Part shown: piece after piece, positions 52,669-64,000 of the stretch
Layout of the letters: each line of letters begins with the position of its first letter
How positions within the stretch are numbered: position 1 is the first letter of the stretch
Assembly (NCBI RefSeq): GCF_001194135.2
Contig: NC_068998.1
Location: 40,672,487-40,736,486, forward strand
Direction: 5' to 3'
DNA: 64,000 bases
Origin: Octopus bimaculoides
Lineage: Eukaryota
Notes under the pieces: model-generated
Told to the model about the DNA's origin: nothing
What the model saw: the letters and a program-made list of their open reading frames with translations, nothing else
The model's database searches: none
Made by a program: the position numbers and the translations under genes

Positions 52669-53249
52669 NNNNNNNNNNNNNNNNNNNNNNNNNNNNNNNN
52701 NNNNNNNNNNNNNNNNNNNNNNNNNNNNNNNNNNNNNNNNNNNNNNNNNNNNNNNNNNNNNNNNNNNNNNNNNNNNNNNNNNNNNNNNNNNNNNNNNNNN
52801 NNNNNNNNNNNNNNNNNNNNNNNNNNNNNNNNNNNNNNNNNNNNNNNNNNNNNNNNNNNNNNNNNNNNNNNNNNNNNNNNNNNNNNNNNNNNNNNNNNNN
52901 NNNNNNNNNNNNNNNNNNNNNNNNNNNNNNNNNNNNNNNNNNNNNNNNNNNNNNNNNNNNNNNNNNNNNNNNNNNNNNNNNNNNNNNNNNNNNNNNNNNN
53001 NNNNNNNNNNNNNNNNNNNNNNNNNNNNNNNNNNNNNNNNNNNNNNNNNNNNNNNNNNNNNNNNNNNNNNNNNNNNNNNNNNNNNNNNNNNNNNNNNNNN
53101 NNNNNNNNNNNNNNNNNNNNNNNNNNNNNNNNNNNNNNNNNNNNNNNNNNNNNNNNNGATCCGAGCTCATCAAAGCCTTGTGAATGGATTTGATTGATGG
53201 AAATTGAGAAGCTTGTATGTATGTATGTATGTATGTATGTATGTATGTA

Positions 53250-53309
<60 letters not shown>

Positions 53310-54747
53310 CGTGCGTGCGTGTATTTGTGATTCCTTGCTTTGACATCATATGATAGTTGTAAAATGATTGTCACTGTCATACAAATGTCATTCATTACCA
53401 GTATTCTAACAATAACATGTCTGGCCATGGGGGAATGCTATCTTACTTGGAAACAGGTGAGGGTTGGTGACAGGAAAGGTATCTGGCCATAGAATATCTA
53501 CCTCAATAACTCCATCAGACCCATGCAAGCATGGAAAAGTAGATGTTAAAATAATGATGATGTATTATATAATGTCTTTGTGTATTTGTTTATGTGCCTG
53601 TTTGTATGACTGTGTACTTATATTTGTTTTTATTTATTTATTGGTGTGTGTGAATTTGTGGATGTCTTAGTTATTGTAATCTTCTCATGTATTTGTGTGC
53701 ATATAAATTGTTATAATTAAACAGGTGTACATTAATAAGTAACTCATTTAAATGAGTAAATTGAGAGTGTGTAATAACTGAACTGGGTAGATAATTCATG
53801 TACTGGGGTTGATTGTATCAACTATCTTCCTCCCCTTCAAAATTGCTGGCCTTGTACCTAAATCAGAAACAGTTATTTTTATCATCATCAATAATAATAG
53901 TAATAGTAGTAGTAATAGTAGTAGTAGTAGTAATAGTAGTAGTAGCAAGGTAAGGTGGCAGAATTGTCACCACACTGGACAAAATGCTTAGTGGCATTAT
54001 TCTGAGTTTACGTTCTGTGATTGATTTAGCCCTCTCCCAAAACTGCTGGCCTTCTGCCAAAATTTGGAACCATTATTATTATTATTTTTATAATTATTTC
54101 ATATATGCACAACAGATTAGACTGTTGGAAAAAATTCCTACCATCAGGCTACAACAAGTAACCTTCGATGACAAGAACCATCCTAAGTATCCTAGTAGTC
54201 CCTAATAATACTGTTTTCTGGAGCTACACTAAACTAGGTTTTATGCCTGTTTCCTTTGTCCATTTGTTATTATTATTATTGTTATTATTATTAAGGTGGT
54301 TATGTGGCAGAATCATTAGCATGCCAGGCAAAATGTTTTGTCTGCTGCTACATTCTGTGTTCAAATTCCACTAAGGTTGACTTTACCTTTCATCCTTTCA
54401 GAGTTGATAAATTAAGTGCCAGTGAAACACTGGGATCGATATAATTGACTAGTCCTCTCCACCAAAATTTCAGGCCTTGTGCCTATAGTAGAAAGGATTA
54501 TTATTATTATTATATTATTATTATTATTATTACTAAGGCAGCAAACTAGTAGAATCGTTAGTGCCCTGGGTAAAATGCTTAGCAGCATTTTGTCTGTCTG
54601 TGTGTTCTGAGTTCAAATTCCAGCAAGGTTGACTTTGCTTTTTATCCTTTTGGGTTCAATAAGTTAAGTACCAGTTGAGCACTAGGGTCATTGTAACTGA
54701 CTTATGCCCTACCCCAAAATTGCTGGCCTTGTGCCAAAATTTGAAAC

Positions 54748-54778
<31 letters not shown>

Positions 54779-54805
54779 GCGATTTTTTTTTCTTTTATTT
54801 TTTAG

Positions 54806-55009
54806 ATTCACACCGTTGTTTCTGTTGTAAACAGACAGGAGATGTGAAGAAGTGTTCGGTGGTCCAATGTGGCAGGTTTTATCACGACGTATGTGTGAGA
54901 AAGCATCCTCTCACACGGGCTGAAAGCAAATCATTCACTTGCCCTCTACACGTCTGTGTAACTTGTTCCGCCGACAGTAATAGTTCTAAAAATCCTAAAG
55001 CATCTAAAG
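54806..55009 (+). CDS. NSD2: NSD exon 7: PHD2
   Basis: [44 protein letters not shown]; AG/GTAAGT; phase 1/1. Confidence 0.97.
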
Positions 55010-55356
55010 GTAAGTTCAGTTATCTTTCGCCCTTTTTATATATTTTTCTGGGGTTGATTAACCTGCAGATCAGCATTGAGTAATGCCCAGGTCAGTGTGA
55101 TTAACACTGACTCAGCATGATTTGTGAGGTTAATCAAAACTGTTCCAGTCTTGACTTCCATTTTCTTTTTTGTTTTAGTCATAGTGTATCTCGATATACA
55201 TTGTGCACTATGTCTGCTCATCTGTAAGATAGAGTGTGATGTGAGGTAGATTTGGCTATTATGTTAGCATGTATAGGTATCATTTAGAAGCTACTTTGTT
55301 TCATCTATCTCTCTGTGCACATGCATGTGTTTTGTATGTTTCACCTGGTCAGTTTT

Positions 55357-55390
<34 letters not shown>

Positions 55391-55770
55391 GCTTGGGCAT
55401 GTAGTTAAGAAGTTTGTTTCCTAACGGACTTGGTTTCAGGTTCACTGCCATTGCACAGCACTTTGGGCAAGAGTCTTCTACTGTAGCCCCAAGCTGACCA
55501 AGGCTTTGTTAGATTTGTTAGATAGCACTAAACACGGGTGCTTTTATGTGGCATAGGCACTTTTACATGGCAGTGACATATTTGCTTTTACATGGCACTG
55601 ACACAGTTGCCATTAGGTGGCACCAGCACATGAGCTTGCAAGACTAGGGCCTCTCAGCTGAGAGAAAGAAAATAGAGGATATGACAACCATGATTTTACT
55701 TAGCTACGTATGTAAAAAGAATCATAATTATTATTTAATTAACCTTTTTACTTGTTCTGCTATTTTTCAG

Positions 55771-55950
55771 GTCGTTTGTGTCGATGTTTACGCTGCCCAA
55801 CTGCCTACCATGTTGGAGATTTCTGTATTGGTGCTGGAAGTGTGACCTTGGCTGGCAACAATATTATCTGTAGTAATCATTTTGTGCCACCAAAGAACAA
55901 AAAGACTCCAACACACTTCAACGTTAGCTGGTGTTTTATCTGTAATTTAG
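55771..55950 (+). CDS. NSD2: NSD exon 8: PHD3 and start of PHD4
   Basis: GRLCRCLRCPTAYHVGDFCIGAGS..IICSNHF..NVSWCFIC; phase 1/1. Confidence 0.97.
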
Positions 55951-57329
55951 GTAAACAACAATTTTTTTTTTTTTTTGTTTTGTTTGTATCCTCATCCTCT
56001 TTTTTTGTGTCTTTTTGCACAAACTTGAAATTCATCAAATTTTCTTGTTAACAACAATCTATTGTATTCACTTTTTTATAGGATGACACTATATGGCCTT
56101 ATGTATGTTTAAGAAGTTCATTTTATAACCACATAACTCCGGGTTCTATTTTGTGATGTTAGTACTGGGTCAACTACAGATTAATTGGTTTCAAATTTTG
56201 GCATAAGACCAATAATTTTGGAAGAGGGGATAAGTCACTGACATAGACCTCACCAGTGCTCAACTTGTACTTATTTTATTGATCCTGAAAGAATAGAAGG
56301 CAAAGTCTACCTTGGCGAAATTTGAATTGAGACTGTAAAGACAAATGAAATGCCGCTAAGCATTTTGCCTGGTGTTGTAACCATTCTGCCAGCTTGCTGC
56401 CTTGATTCTTCAAATTAATTATTGGCTGAAGGTCTACTTGTGATCTTAATTAACCAAATGGTTCTTAGGATTCTCATAAATACCTAGAAACAAGTCAATG
56501 TGTTGTCTATGAGTGTGATCTCTAATTCTCTACTCCAGTTTTCCTCATCAAGCAAAACAGTACAAGTCTTCACCTCTGTTTCACAGTGGAATTGGTTAGC
56601 AAATCATCATCATCATCGTTTTATGTCCATTTTCCATGCTGGCATGGGTTGGACGGTTCGACTGGGGTCTGGGAAGCCAGGAGGCTGCACCAGGCCCCAA
56701 TCTGATCTGGCAGTGTTTCTACATCTGGATGCCCTTCTTAACGCCAACCACTCTAAGAGTGTAGTGGGTGCCTTTTACATGCCACCGGCACAAATATTTG
56801 TGTTTATTTAACTTACATGGCAGTTTCTGTTATTAATCCACATGTTTCTAAGGAGCCAATCACTGATTTATTGCATTTCTGATGGTAAGAGTGACAAAGA
56901 AATGCCTATACAACTTGGGTGCAAAGGGCCCTGTTTGAGAACACCGGTTTCTTGCTGATGTTTAAATTCTTTACCTTTATACATCATGACCCCCACCAAT
57001 CCTTTAACTTGAAAAATAGGTATGGTTGGTGATAAGAAGAGCATCCAGCAGTTAAGAACTTCAAAATAAATCCCCATTCAACACTTGTCATCATCATCAT
57101 TATATAGTGATGGACGGAGGTATCATACATCCACTTTTAACAGCTTATTTTATGTTGTGAGAAATGGAAACATAGAACTCAGAGTAGTGACAGAGGGAAG
57201 TTTCAGCTTTGAATAAACATGTGTGTATATATGTATATATTTGTATACACTCACATATACCTGTCTGATGTAGTGTGCAATTCTGGTGAAAAAATAAAAT
57301 AATTTTTGTTTTCTCTTTGTCCATTGCAG

Positions 57330-57486
57330 GAGGTACCCTACTATGCTGCGATAGCTGCCCAGCTGCATTCCACCCTGATTGCATCAATGTTAACTGTTCC
57401 GAAGATACTTGGTACTGTCAGGATTGTGCCCGTGGCAAAAAGCCTCTTTATGGTGATATAGTTTGGGTCAAAGTTGGCAACTATAG
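57330..57486 (+). CDS. NSD2: NSD exon 9: PHD4 and start of PWWP2
   Basis: [44 protein letters not shown]; phase 1/2. Confidence 0.97.
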
Positions 57487-58455
57487 GTAAACTTAACAAT
57501 ATATTTATATATGCATTCTATTTTAGTTATAATAATGTCATTTTTATTTATGTATCATGTGAAAAATTTGATACAAAACACCAGGGTAGGTCACTGTTAT
57601 AATTGAGTGAGAAAAGGATAAAATACATTGTTGATGGTCAGATATTTGAGATTACATTTTACTCAACTTCGCATTCTGATTTGAAATCCTTTCATGCCTT
57701 AATTGGATAAGAGGCATAACTTGTCATCTGGCTTAGCACTTTCACCAGGTACATTGGTTGCATTTAATGGAGTCCGCCCTCATGCTTGCATTTAGACAGG
57801 TCTCTGCTTTAAAGGTGCCCCCACCTCTCTCTTTCACACCAAGTCAATTAAATCAATCCCAGTACTTGACTGGTACTTTATTGTACCAACCCTGAAAGGT
57901 TGAAAAACAAAGTTGGCATTGGCAAGAAGGTAAATAAATAAATTCTTCTTCTCCTCCTCCTCTGATTGGAAGTGTTATTGTGTACATTGTTTTGTCTTGG
58001 TATAAAAGGTGGGCTACAGCAAATATTCTGCTCAACACCACAGATTTGCTTGTTGGTTGCTTGACCATAATTAGTCAGGCATGTTCCTTAGTGGCTGATC
58101 ATATATGTGCATCTCTGATCACGAGCAGAAGTGGTAGGGGAGCATCATAGCCCAGTGTTGAGAGGAATTCTTTAGGGTTTGGATAATTCACCTTTTGGAA
58201 ACATGGGCGTTTTGTTCATCATCCCTTAAACAACCCCTATTCAGGGACCTTTTCTATTATAGGCACAAGACCTGAAAGTTTGGGTTTGTGAGGGGGTGGG
58301 GGGTGCTATTTGGTTACGTCAACTAGTACTTATTTTATTGACCCCAGGAGATTGAAAGGCAAAGTTAACCTCAACAGCATTCGAACAGAGAATGTGAAGC
58401 CAGAAGAAATGCTGCTAAGGATCTTGTCTGACACAGTAGCAATTCTACCAGCTTG

Positions 58456-58504
<49 letters not shown>

Positions 58505-59008
58505 AATAATAATCCTTTCTTCTATAGACACAAGACCTGACATTTTTTGGGTGCAGAGAGAGGGGGTTAGTCGATTACACTGACACAGGTATTCGACTGA
58601 TATTTATTTTATTGATCCCAAAAGGATCAAAGGCAAAGTGGACTTTGACTGCATTTGGACTCTAAAACATAACCTTTTCTATATAGGCACAAAGCCTGAA
58701 ATTTTTTGGGGGGAAGGGGCTTGTCGATTACATTGATCCCAGTACTTGATTGGTACTTATTTCATTGACCTCAAAAGGATAAAAGACAAAAAGTCAACCT
58801 CGACAAGATTTGAACTCAGAATGTAAAAGTGGATGAAAAGCTGCTAAGCATTTTGTCCAGCATGCTAACAATTCTGCAAGGTTGCTGTCCTGACTCAGAA
58901 CACAATAATCATCATAATAAATAATGTTTGTTGTAATAATAAGAACAATATTTAATGAAGGTGATCAGTGTTTCATTATTGTTGTCTTTCATCTCTCTAA
59001 CGTCGTAG

Positions 59009-59137
59009 ATGGTGGCCAGGCGAAATTTGTCATCCGAAAAATGTTCCAATGAATATTCAACAGAAGCCGCATCAGATTGGAGAATTTCCTGTGCGATTTT
59101 TTGGTTCCCATGATTACTATTGGACAAACCAAGCTAG
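59009..59137 (+). CDS. NSD2: NSD exon 10: PWWP2 core
   Basis: [37 protein letters not shown]; phase 2/2. Confidence 0.97.
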
Positions 59138-60373
59138 GTAAGTGATTAAGTGATCTGGTGTCCTTTTCCCGATTTGGAGTCTGTTGATTCCTCTTTTCTC
59201 CACCCATGTGACCAAATTTGTCTACCTTGGTATTCTTTTATCTTTTATTCGTTTCACTCATTAGACTGTGGTCACTCTGTCTTTTGTTTAGGAATGTCAT
59301 GTTTGAAACTATTTTTCGTTGAGATATATCAAGTTTATTGAGGTAACATACATGACTTGTAGAAAACACTAATTTTGTTTTTTTGGTACATATTTAGCAT
59401 AATTGCTGGAATAACCATGAAATTTAATTTCACAGTTGAAGGGTTAATCACATGTTTTTGTTTGAGTTTCTTACTGAAACTTTTAGTCATAATATCAATG
59501 GTAGTTGTGACTACCGTTGATACAAGGGTAGGACACTAAACTCCGCTTGCGAAGACTTCTGCAGTAGTAAATATAAATACCATTGACCCACCCTGTCCAA
59601 CCTTCTGTACCACTTCACTTATATTCATCTTCCTGTAACTTAGAGGTATGCTCTGTCACAGTTTCACCACCATCTACTCTCTCTCTCCCACCTCTCTTCT
59701 CCTCTTTCTATCTCAACTAGGGCAGCTATGTATCTCCTCTACAGCAAGACACCTGTTTCTGTCCCTCAATACTACTCCTGCTACGCTTGAAGTGTCTTGC
59801 TTGTACGCTGGCTGATGTCCGTGATGCTGGTGCCATATAAGAAGTTCCTAGTACACGTAAAGTAGTTGGTGTTAGGAAGGGCATCCAGCTATAGAAAACA
59901 CCAAAACACATTGGAGCTGGGGGCTGGCTTGTCAGTTCCTGTCAAATCATCCAACTCATGCCAGCATGGAAAATGGATGTTCAATGGTGATGCTGATGAT
60001 GACAAGAATAGTTCTACAGTGCTAAATATAATTACCGAATATTTTATTTATATATATAACATGAACTTATTCTATACAGTGCCCAGGTGCACTACAACTC
60101 ATCAGAAAAAGTAACCAAAACTGGATGAACAATTCATAGAAAAAAGCACAAGAAGCGAACAGTGAATGTAAAAATTAAAATAATTTAAAAAAGTGGCAAG
60201 CATCAGGTATACTGTTGGTGAATTCCAGCAAGTCCTGACAGCTAACAACTGATGTGGGTAGTTTATTCCATTTTTCAGATATTCTGTGCATGAAAAAAAT
60301 GTTTCCAAAATTCATGCAATAATGGCCATTTACTATATTGATGTTTTGTCGACATTGTTTTGTTTCTTTCCAG

Positions 60374-60566
60374 AGTTTTTCTGTTTCAAGAAGGTGATAA
60401 AGGCAGTAAAGATTCTTCAGCAACGAAAGGTTTGGCGAAAATATTTCGGGCAGGAATTGGTGAAGCTACGGAAGCATTTAAATTGTGGAAAGCAGCCAAA
60501 GAGAACCGGGATCAATTGGAAAATGAAAAAATTGGGAAGAAACCGGCACCATTTAAATTTGTTAAA
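60374..60566 (+). CDS. NSD2: NSD exon 11: PWWP2 C-terminus / linker
   Basis: RVFLFQEGDKGS..KKPAPFKFVK; acceptor TTTCTTTCCAG, donor GTAAGT; phase 2/0. Confidence 0.96.
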
Positions 60567-60683
60567 GTAAGTCTGGCACCACACACCTACACACACACAA
60601 ATGTTGAGTGTTGTCGGACTTAGTCACCAGTGTGTAACTCTTAATGAATGAATGTATGTATGTATGTAAGTGTGTGTGTATGT

Positions 60684-61062
60684 GGAGGCGCAATGGCCCA
60701 GTGGTTAGGGCAGCAGACTCGCGGTCATAGGATCGCGGTTTCGATTCCCAGACCAGGCGTTGTGAGTGTTTATTGAGCGAAAACACCTAAAGCTCCATGA
60801 GGCTCCGGCAGGGGATGGTGGCGAACCCTGCTGTACTCTTTCACCACAGCTTTCTCTCACTCTTACTTCCTGTTTCTGTTGTGCCTGTAATTCAAAGGGT
60901 CAGCCTTGTCACACTGTGTCACGCTGAATAACCCCGAGAACTATGTTAAGTGTACACGTGTCTGTGGAGTGCTCAGCCACTTGCACGTTAATTACACAAG
61001 CAGGCTGTTCCGTTGATCAGATCAACTGGAACCCTCGACGTCGTAAGCAACGGAGTGCCAAC
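60684..61062 (+). mobile_element. Young tRNA-derived SINE family D with intact Pol III boxes (antisense partial copy ~13676-13773)
   Basis: A box TGGCCCAGTGG, B box GGTTTCGATTCCC, many intact CpGs, and a flanking direct repeat AAGTGTGTGTGT at 60668 and 61063. Confidence 0.85.
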
Positions 61063-62295
61063 AAGTGTGTGTGTGTTGGGATGATGATACTTAAAGGACT
61101 TTGTGTTTCATTCAAATTTTGAAAATCACCTTTGTAATGATTTCCACAACTGTTATTCCATTTGAACTCCTGTTGTTAAAAGGAGTGTGTTGGTGGATGG
61201 GTGGAGTGGGGATAATGGAATCATGTTGTTATTGTTGTTATTATTATCTCTGTATTTACTTTTCTTTTTATTATTATTATTATTAATTAATAATTATTGT
61301 CCTCTAATGAGTCCTGTTCAGACAAACCTATGATCAAAGATGTTTCCAGCCATGGTGATTCTGTGTATTTGCACATCATTATTGTCTAGTGTGTTCTTTC
61401 TATTTTAAGATGAGGAGGAGTGATTTGAGGTTTTCAGTTTTGTTATTATTTCATTGTCTGCTTTGACACATTTGTGGGTGATAATAATGTCATTAGGTAT
61501 AAAAATACCCCTGCTAGCTTTGGCAGAATTGTTAATGAGTCAGGTAAAAGGCTTAGCAGTATTTTCTTCTGGGTTCAAATTCTGCCAAGTTCAACTTTTG
61601 TCTTTCATCCGTTCAGGGTCGATAAAATAAGTATCAGTTCAGCACTGGGGTCCATGTAATCAACTAATTCACTCCCCCAAAATTTCAGGCCTTGTGTGCC
61701 TATAGTAGAAAAGATTTATATGCTCATGTTAAAGATTTACATGTTTTAATGTGTGTGTGCGTAGGAATATTATTCATTGTTATAATGATGTCATGATATT
61801 TGGAATATCAAAGGAGTTAGGTATAATTTACCTTTCATTAATATAGTTCTTAATATTTCTAATATAGCTTAGAATTGTTAGCATACCAGGCAAAATGCTT
61901 AGTGGCATTTCGTCTGGCTTCACATTGTGAGTCCACATTCCGGTGAGGTCATCTCTGCCTTTCGTCCTTTTGGGGTTGATAAAATGAGTACCAGTTGAAC
62001 ACTGGGGTTAATGTAGTTGATTTATCCTCTGCCCTGAAATTGCTGGCCTTGTGTCAAAATTTGAAATTAACAGTTCTAATATAGTATTGTGTTGATTTCC
62101 CTTTTTAGCTGGGTTTTATGCAAAATATTTAATTATTGAGGTTTTATTAAGTAGAGGTGTAAATCTAATGATGGAATTAATTGGCATTGACTCCCCGTTA
62201 ATATTAGCTCTTGCTATTTCTTTGTATTTCTCTGTAGTTAGAGTATGTGTTTCCTCTTATCTCTGTAGACCGATCAGAAGGTCTGTATAGTATTA

Positions 62296-62795
62296 TCATC
62301 ATCGTTTAATGTCTGCTTTCCATGCAGGCATGAGTTGGACAGTTTGGCATGGGTCTGACTAGCTGGGAGCTGTCCGGAGTCCGGTTGTCTGTTGTGGCAT
62401 GGGGCTTCTGCAGATGTCCATCATAATGCCAACCACTTAACAGCATGTGATGGGTGCTTTTATGTGGCACAGGTGCATTTATGCAGCACCTGCATGGGTG
62501 CTTTTTATGCAGCACTGACTCCTCAAAGGACAAGCTTGTATGTGTGGAAGACAGTGATTTGACTTACCTTGATGTGTCTTATCAAGTACAGCAAATCGCT
62601 ACACTTCCCAGTTCCTTGTCATTTCTTCAGTGAGGTCCAACATCCAAAGATCCTTTGTCACCACTTTGTCCCATGTCTTCCTGGGTCTACCCCTTCTACA
62701 GATACCTTCGACAATTAGAACTCAGCACTTCTTTATGCAACTATCCTCATCCATAAGCATCACATGATCAAACCATTGCAGTCTTCTCTCTTGAA
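62296..62795 (-). mobile_element. 5'-truncated RTE LINE 3' end
   Basis: The minus strand encodes [24 protein letters not shown] and RGRPRKTWDKV (RTE ORF2 C-terminus), followed by the shared 3' UTR and (GAT)n tail. Confidence 0.9.
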
Positions 62796-62831
62796 TGTTT
62801 ATTAATTCTTGATTGTCTTGGTCTCCTGCAG

Positions 62832-63101
62832 ACAAACCTTGCTGTCGGTAATGTCCAAATCCACAAAGCTGACCTGTCTGAGATTCCACGGTGTGAATGC
62901 AGACCAGACATGGACAATCCATGTGGTTCGGACACGGAGTGCCTCAACCGGATGTTGATGTATGAATGTCATCCTCAGGTGTGCCCGGCAGGAGAACGCT
63001 GCCAAAACCAACGTTTCACCAAACGCCTCTACCCCGATTCAGTGCCAGCAAAGACCTCGACACGCGGATGGGGCTTAAAAACAAATGTAGATATTAAAAA
63101 G
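62832..63101 (+). CDS. NSD2: NSD exon 12: AWS domain and start of SET
   Basis: [49 protein letters not shown]; donor AAG|GTGAGT; phase 0/0. Confidence 0.98.
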
Positions 63102-63554
63102 GTGAGTGAGTTTTTTAATTTAGGTTTTTGATATATGAAACTCTGTTATCAAATGCCAATCTGATACTGTTCATGTGCTCAAATATATCAGACAATTGTA
63201 CAGACTGCATTTTCTTGATAAATGAATAGGTGTTTGTGATTTTGGAAGAGAACACTCTTGCTTTTCTTTTATAGGAAATTTTTGAGAGAGAAAAGCTTCC
63301 GTTATATTTGAACACATGAAATAAGAATATTCTTTTTGGTTGCAGGATCTTTACTGTTTTGATTTTGTTCAGTGTTGTGCTAGAAGTGAGTTGAATCTAA
63401 TGACCTAGCCACCTCTGGTTCTTCAACCTTAGGGACCAACCTATGTTGTTATTCTAACCTGGTGACAAGATAATGATATTCATTGACTTTGTTGAACAAA
63501 TCATTTGTTAATCTTGCAATCTCAGTCAACAGGAACGTTTTTTTATAATGATAA

Positions 63555-63591
<37 letters not shown>

Positions 63592-63603
63592 TATACTTAT
63601 TAA

Positions 63604-63817
63604 TGAGGGAGTGCTGAAAAGTTCCTGGCTTTAAGGGTATCTTGAAAGGCTTAGTTGGAGGCCCAACCTTCTGAGTTCTTTTGCAGGGCTTAGAAAAATT
63701 GAAGAACTGCATTAAGTATGTGAATCTAAGAGGGGAATATGTTGCATAAAATCATAAGTAACTGATCCTCCTGTATTTTCTTTTGCTAAATGCCAGAAAC
63801 TTTTCTGCACCCCCTCG
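63604..63817 (+). mobile_element. Internally deleted mariner (MITE-like)
   Basis: TIRs TGAGGGAGTGCTGAAAAGTTCCTGGC / GCCAGAAACTTTTCTGCACCCCCTCG-TA. The interior encodes a transposase end, LQGLEKL..LRGEYVA-stop. Confidence 0.85.
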
Positions 63818-63839
63818 TACATACATACATTTATATATA

Positions 63840-63884
<45 letters not shown>

Positions 63885-64000
63885 ATACATGTATATTGTA
63901 TATACATACACATGCATTATGTATAGGTATTGGTGTATATGCATTTGTGCATGTTTGTGCTTTGGAATCCTGTATGCATTTGCCATACAAAACAAAACAA

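Noticed and set aside
60684-60760. tRNA gene (also ~24610-24686, ~26080-26160)
   Set aside because: A/B boxes are present, but there is no convincing cloverleaf and they continue into repeated SINE bodies.

Overview
AT-rich, repeat-dense animal genomic DNA, most consistent with an octopus or other coleoid cephalopod (inferred from the repeat families, not proven). The window is dominated by one plus-strand multi-exon gene for an NSD-family H3K36 methyltransferase (NSD1/2/3 type, most NSD2/MMSET-like because it keeps an HMG box). Twelve phase-compatible coding exons run from ATG 12658 to 63101 and encode PWWP1, HMG, a disordered linker, four PHD fingers, PWWP2, AWS and the start of SET. The rest of the gene lies beyond the window, and the end of PHD1 falls in an N-gap. 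Upstream are a decayed Helitron Rep fragment (1-1720) and a CpG-rich candidate promoter (~7.2-8.4 kb). Introns hold mariner, Tc1, CR1-like and RTE remnants, hAT- and piggyBac-type MITEs, several tRNA-derived SINE families, micro/minisatellites and five assembly gaps. The top lead is a ~3.7 kb TE-free, 3'UTR-like stretch right after the HMG exon, where read-through hits a stop two codons into the intron. This predicts a 498-aa SET-less PWWP+HMG short isoform by intronic polyadenylation, paralleling vertebrate MMSET-I/NSD3-short. Coordinates were counted by hand; repeat boundaries are approximate.
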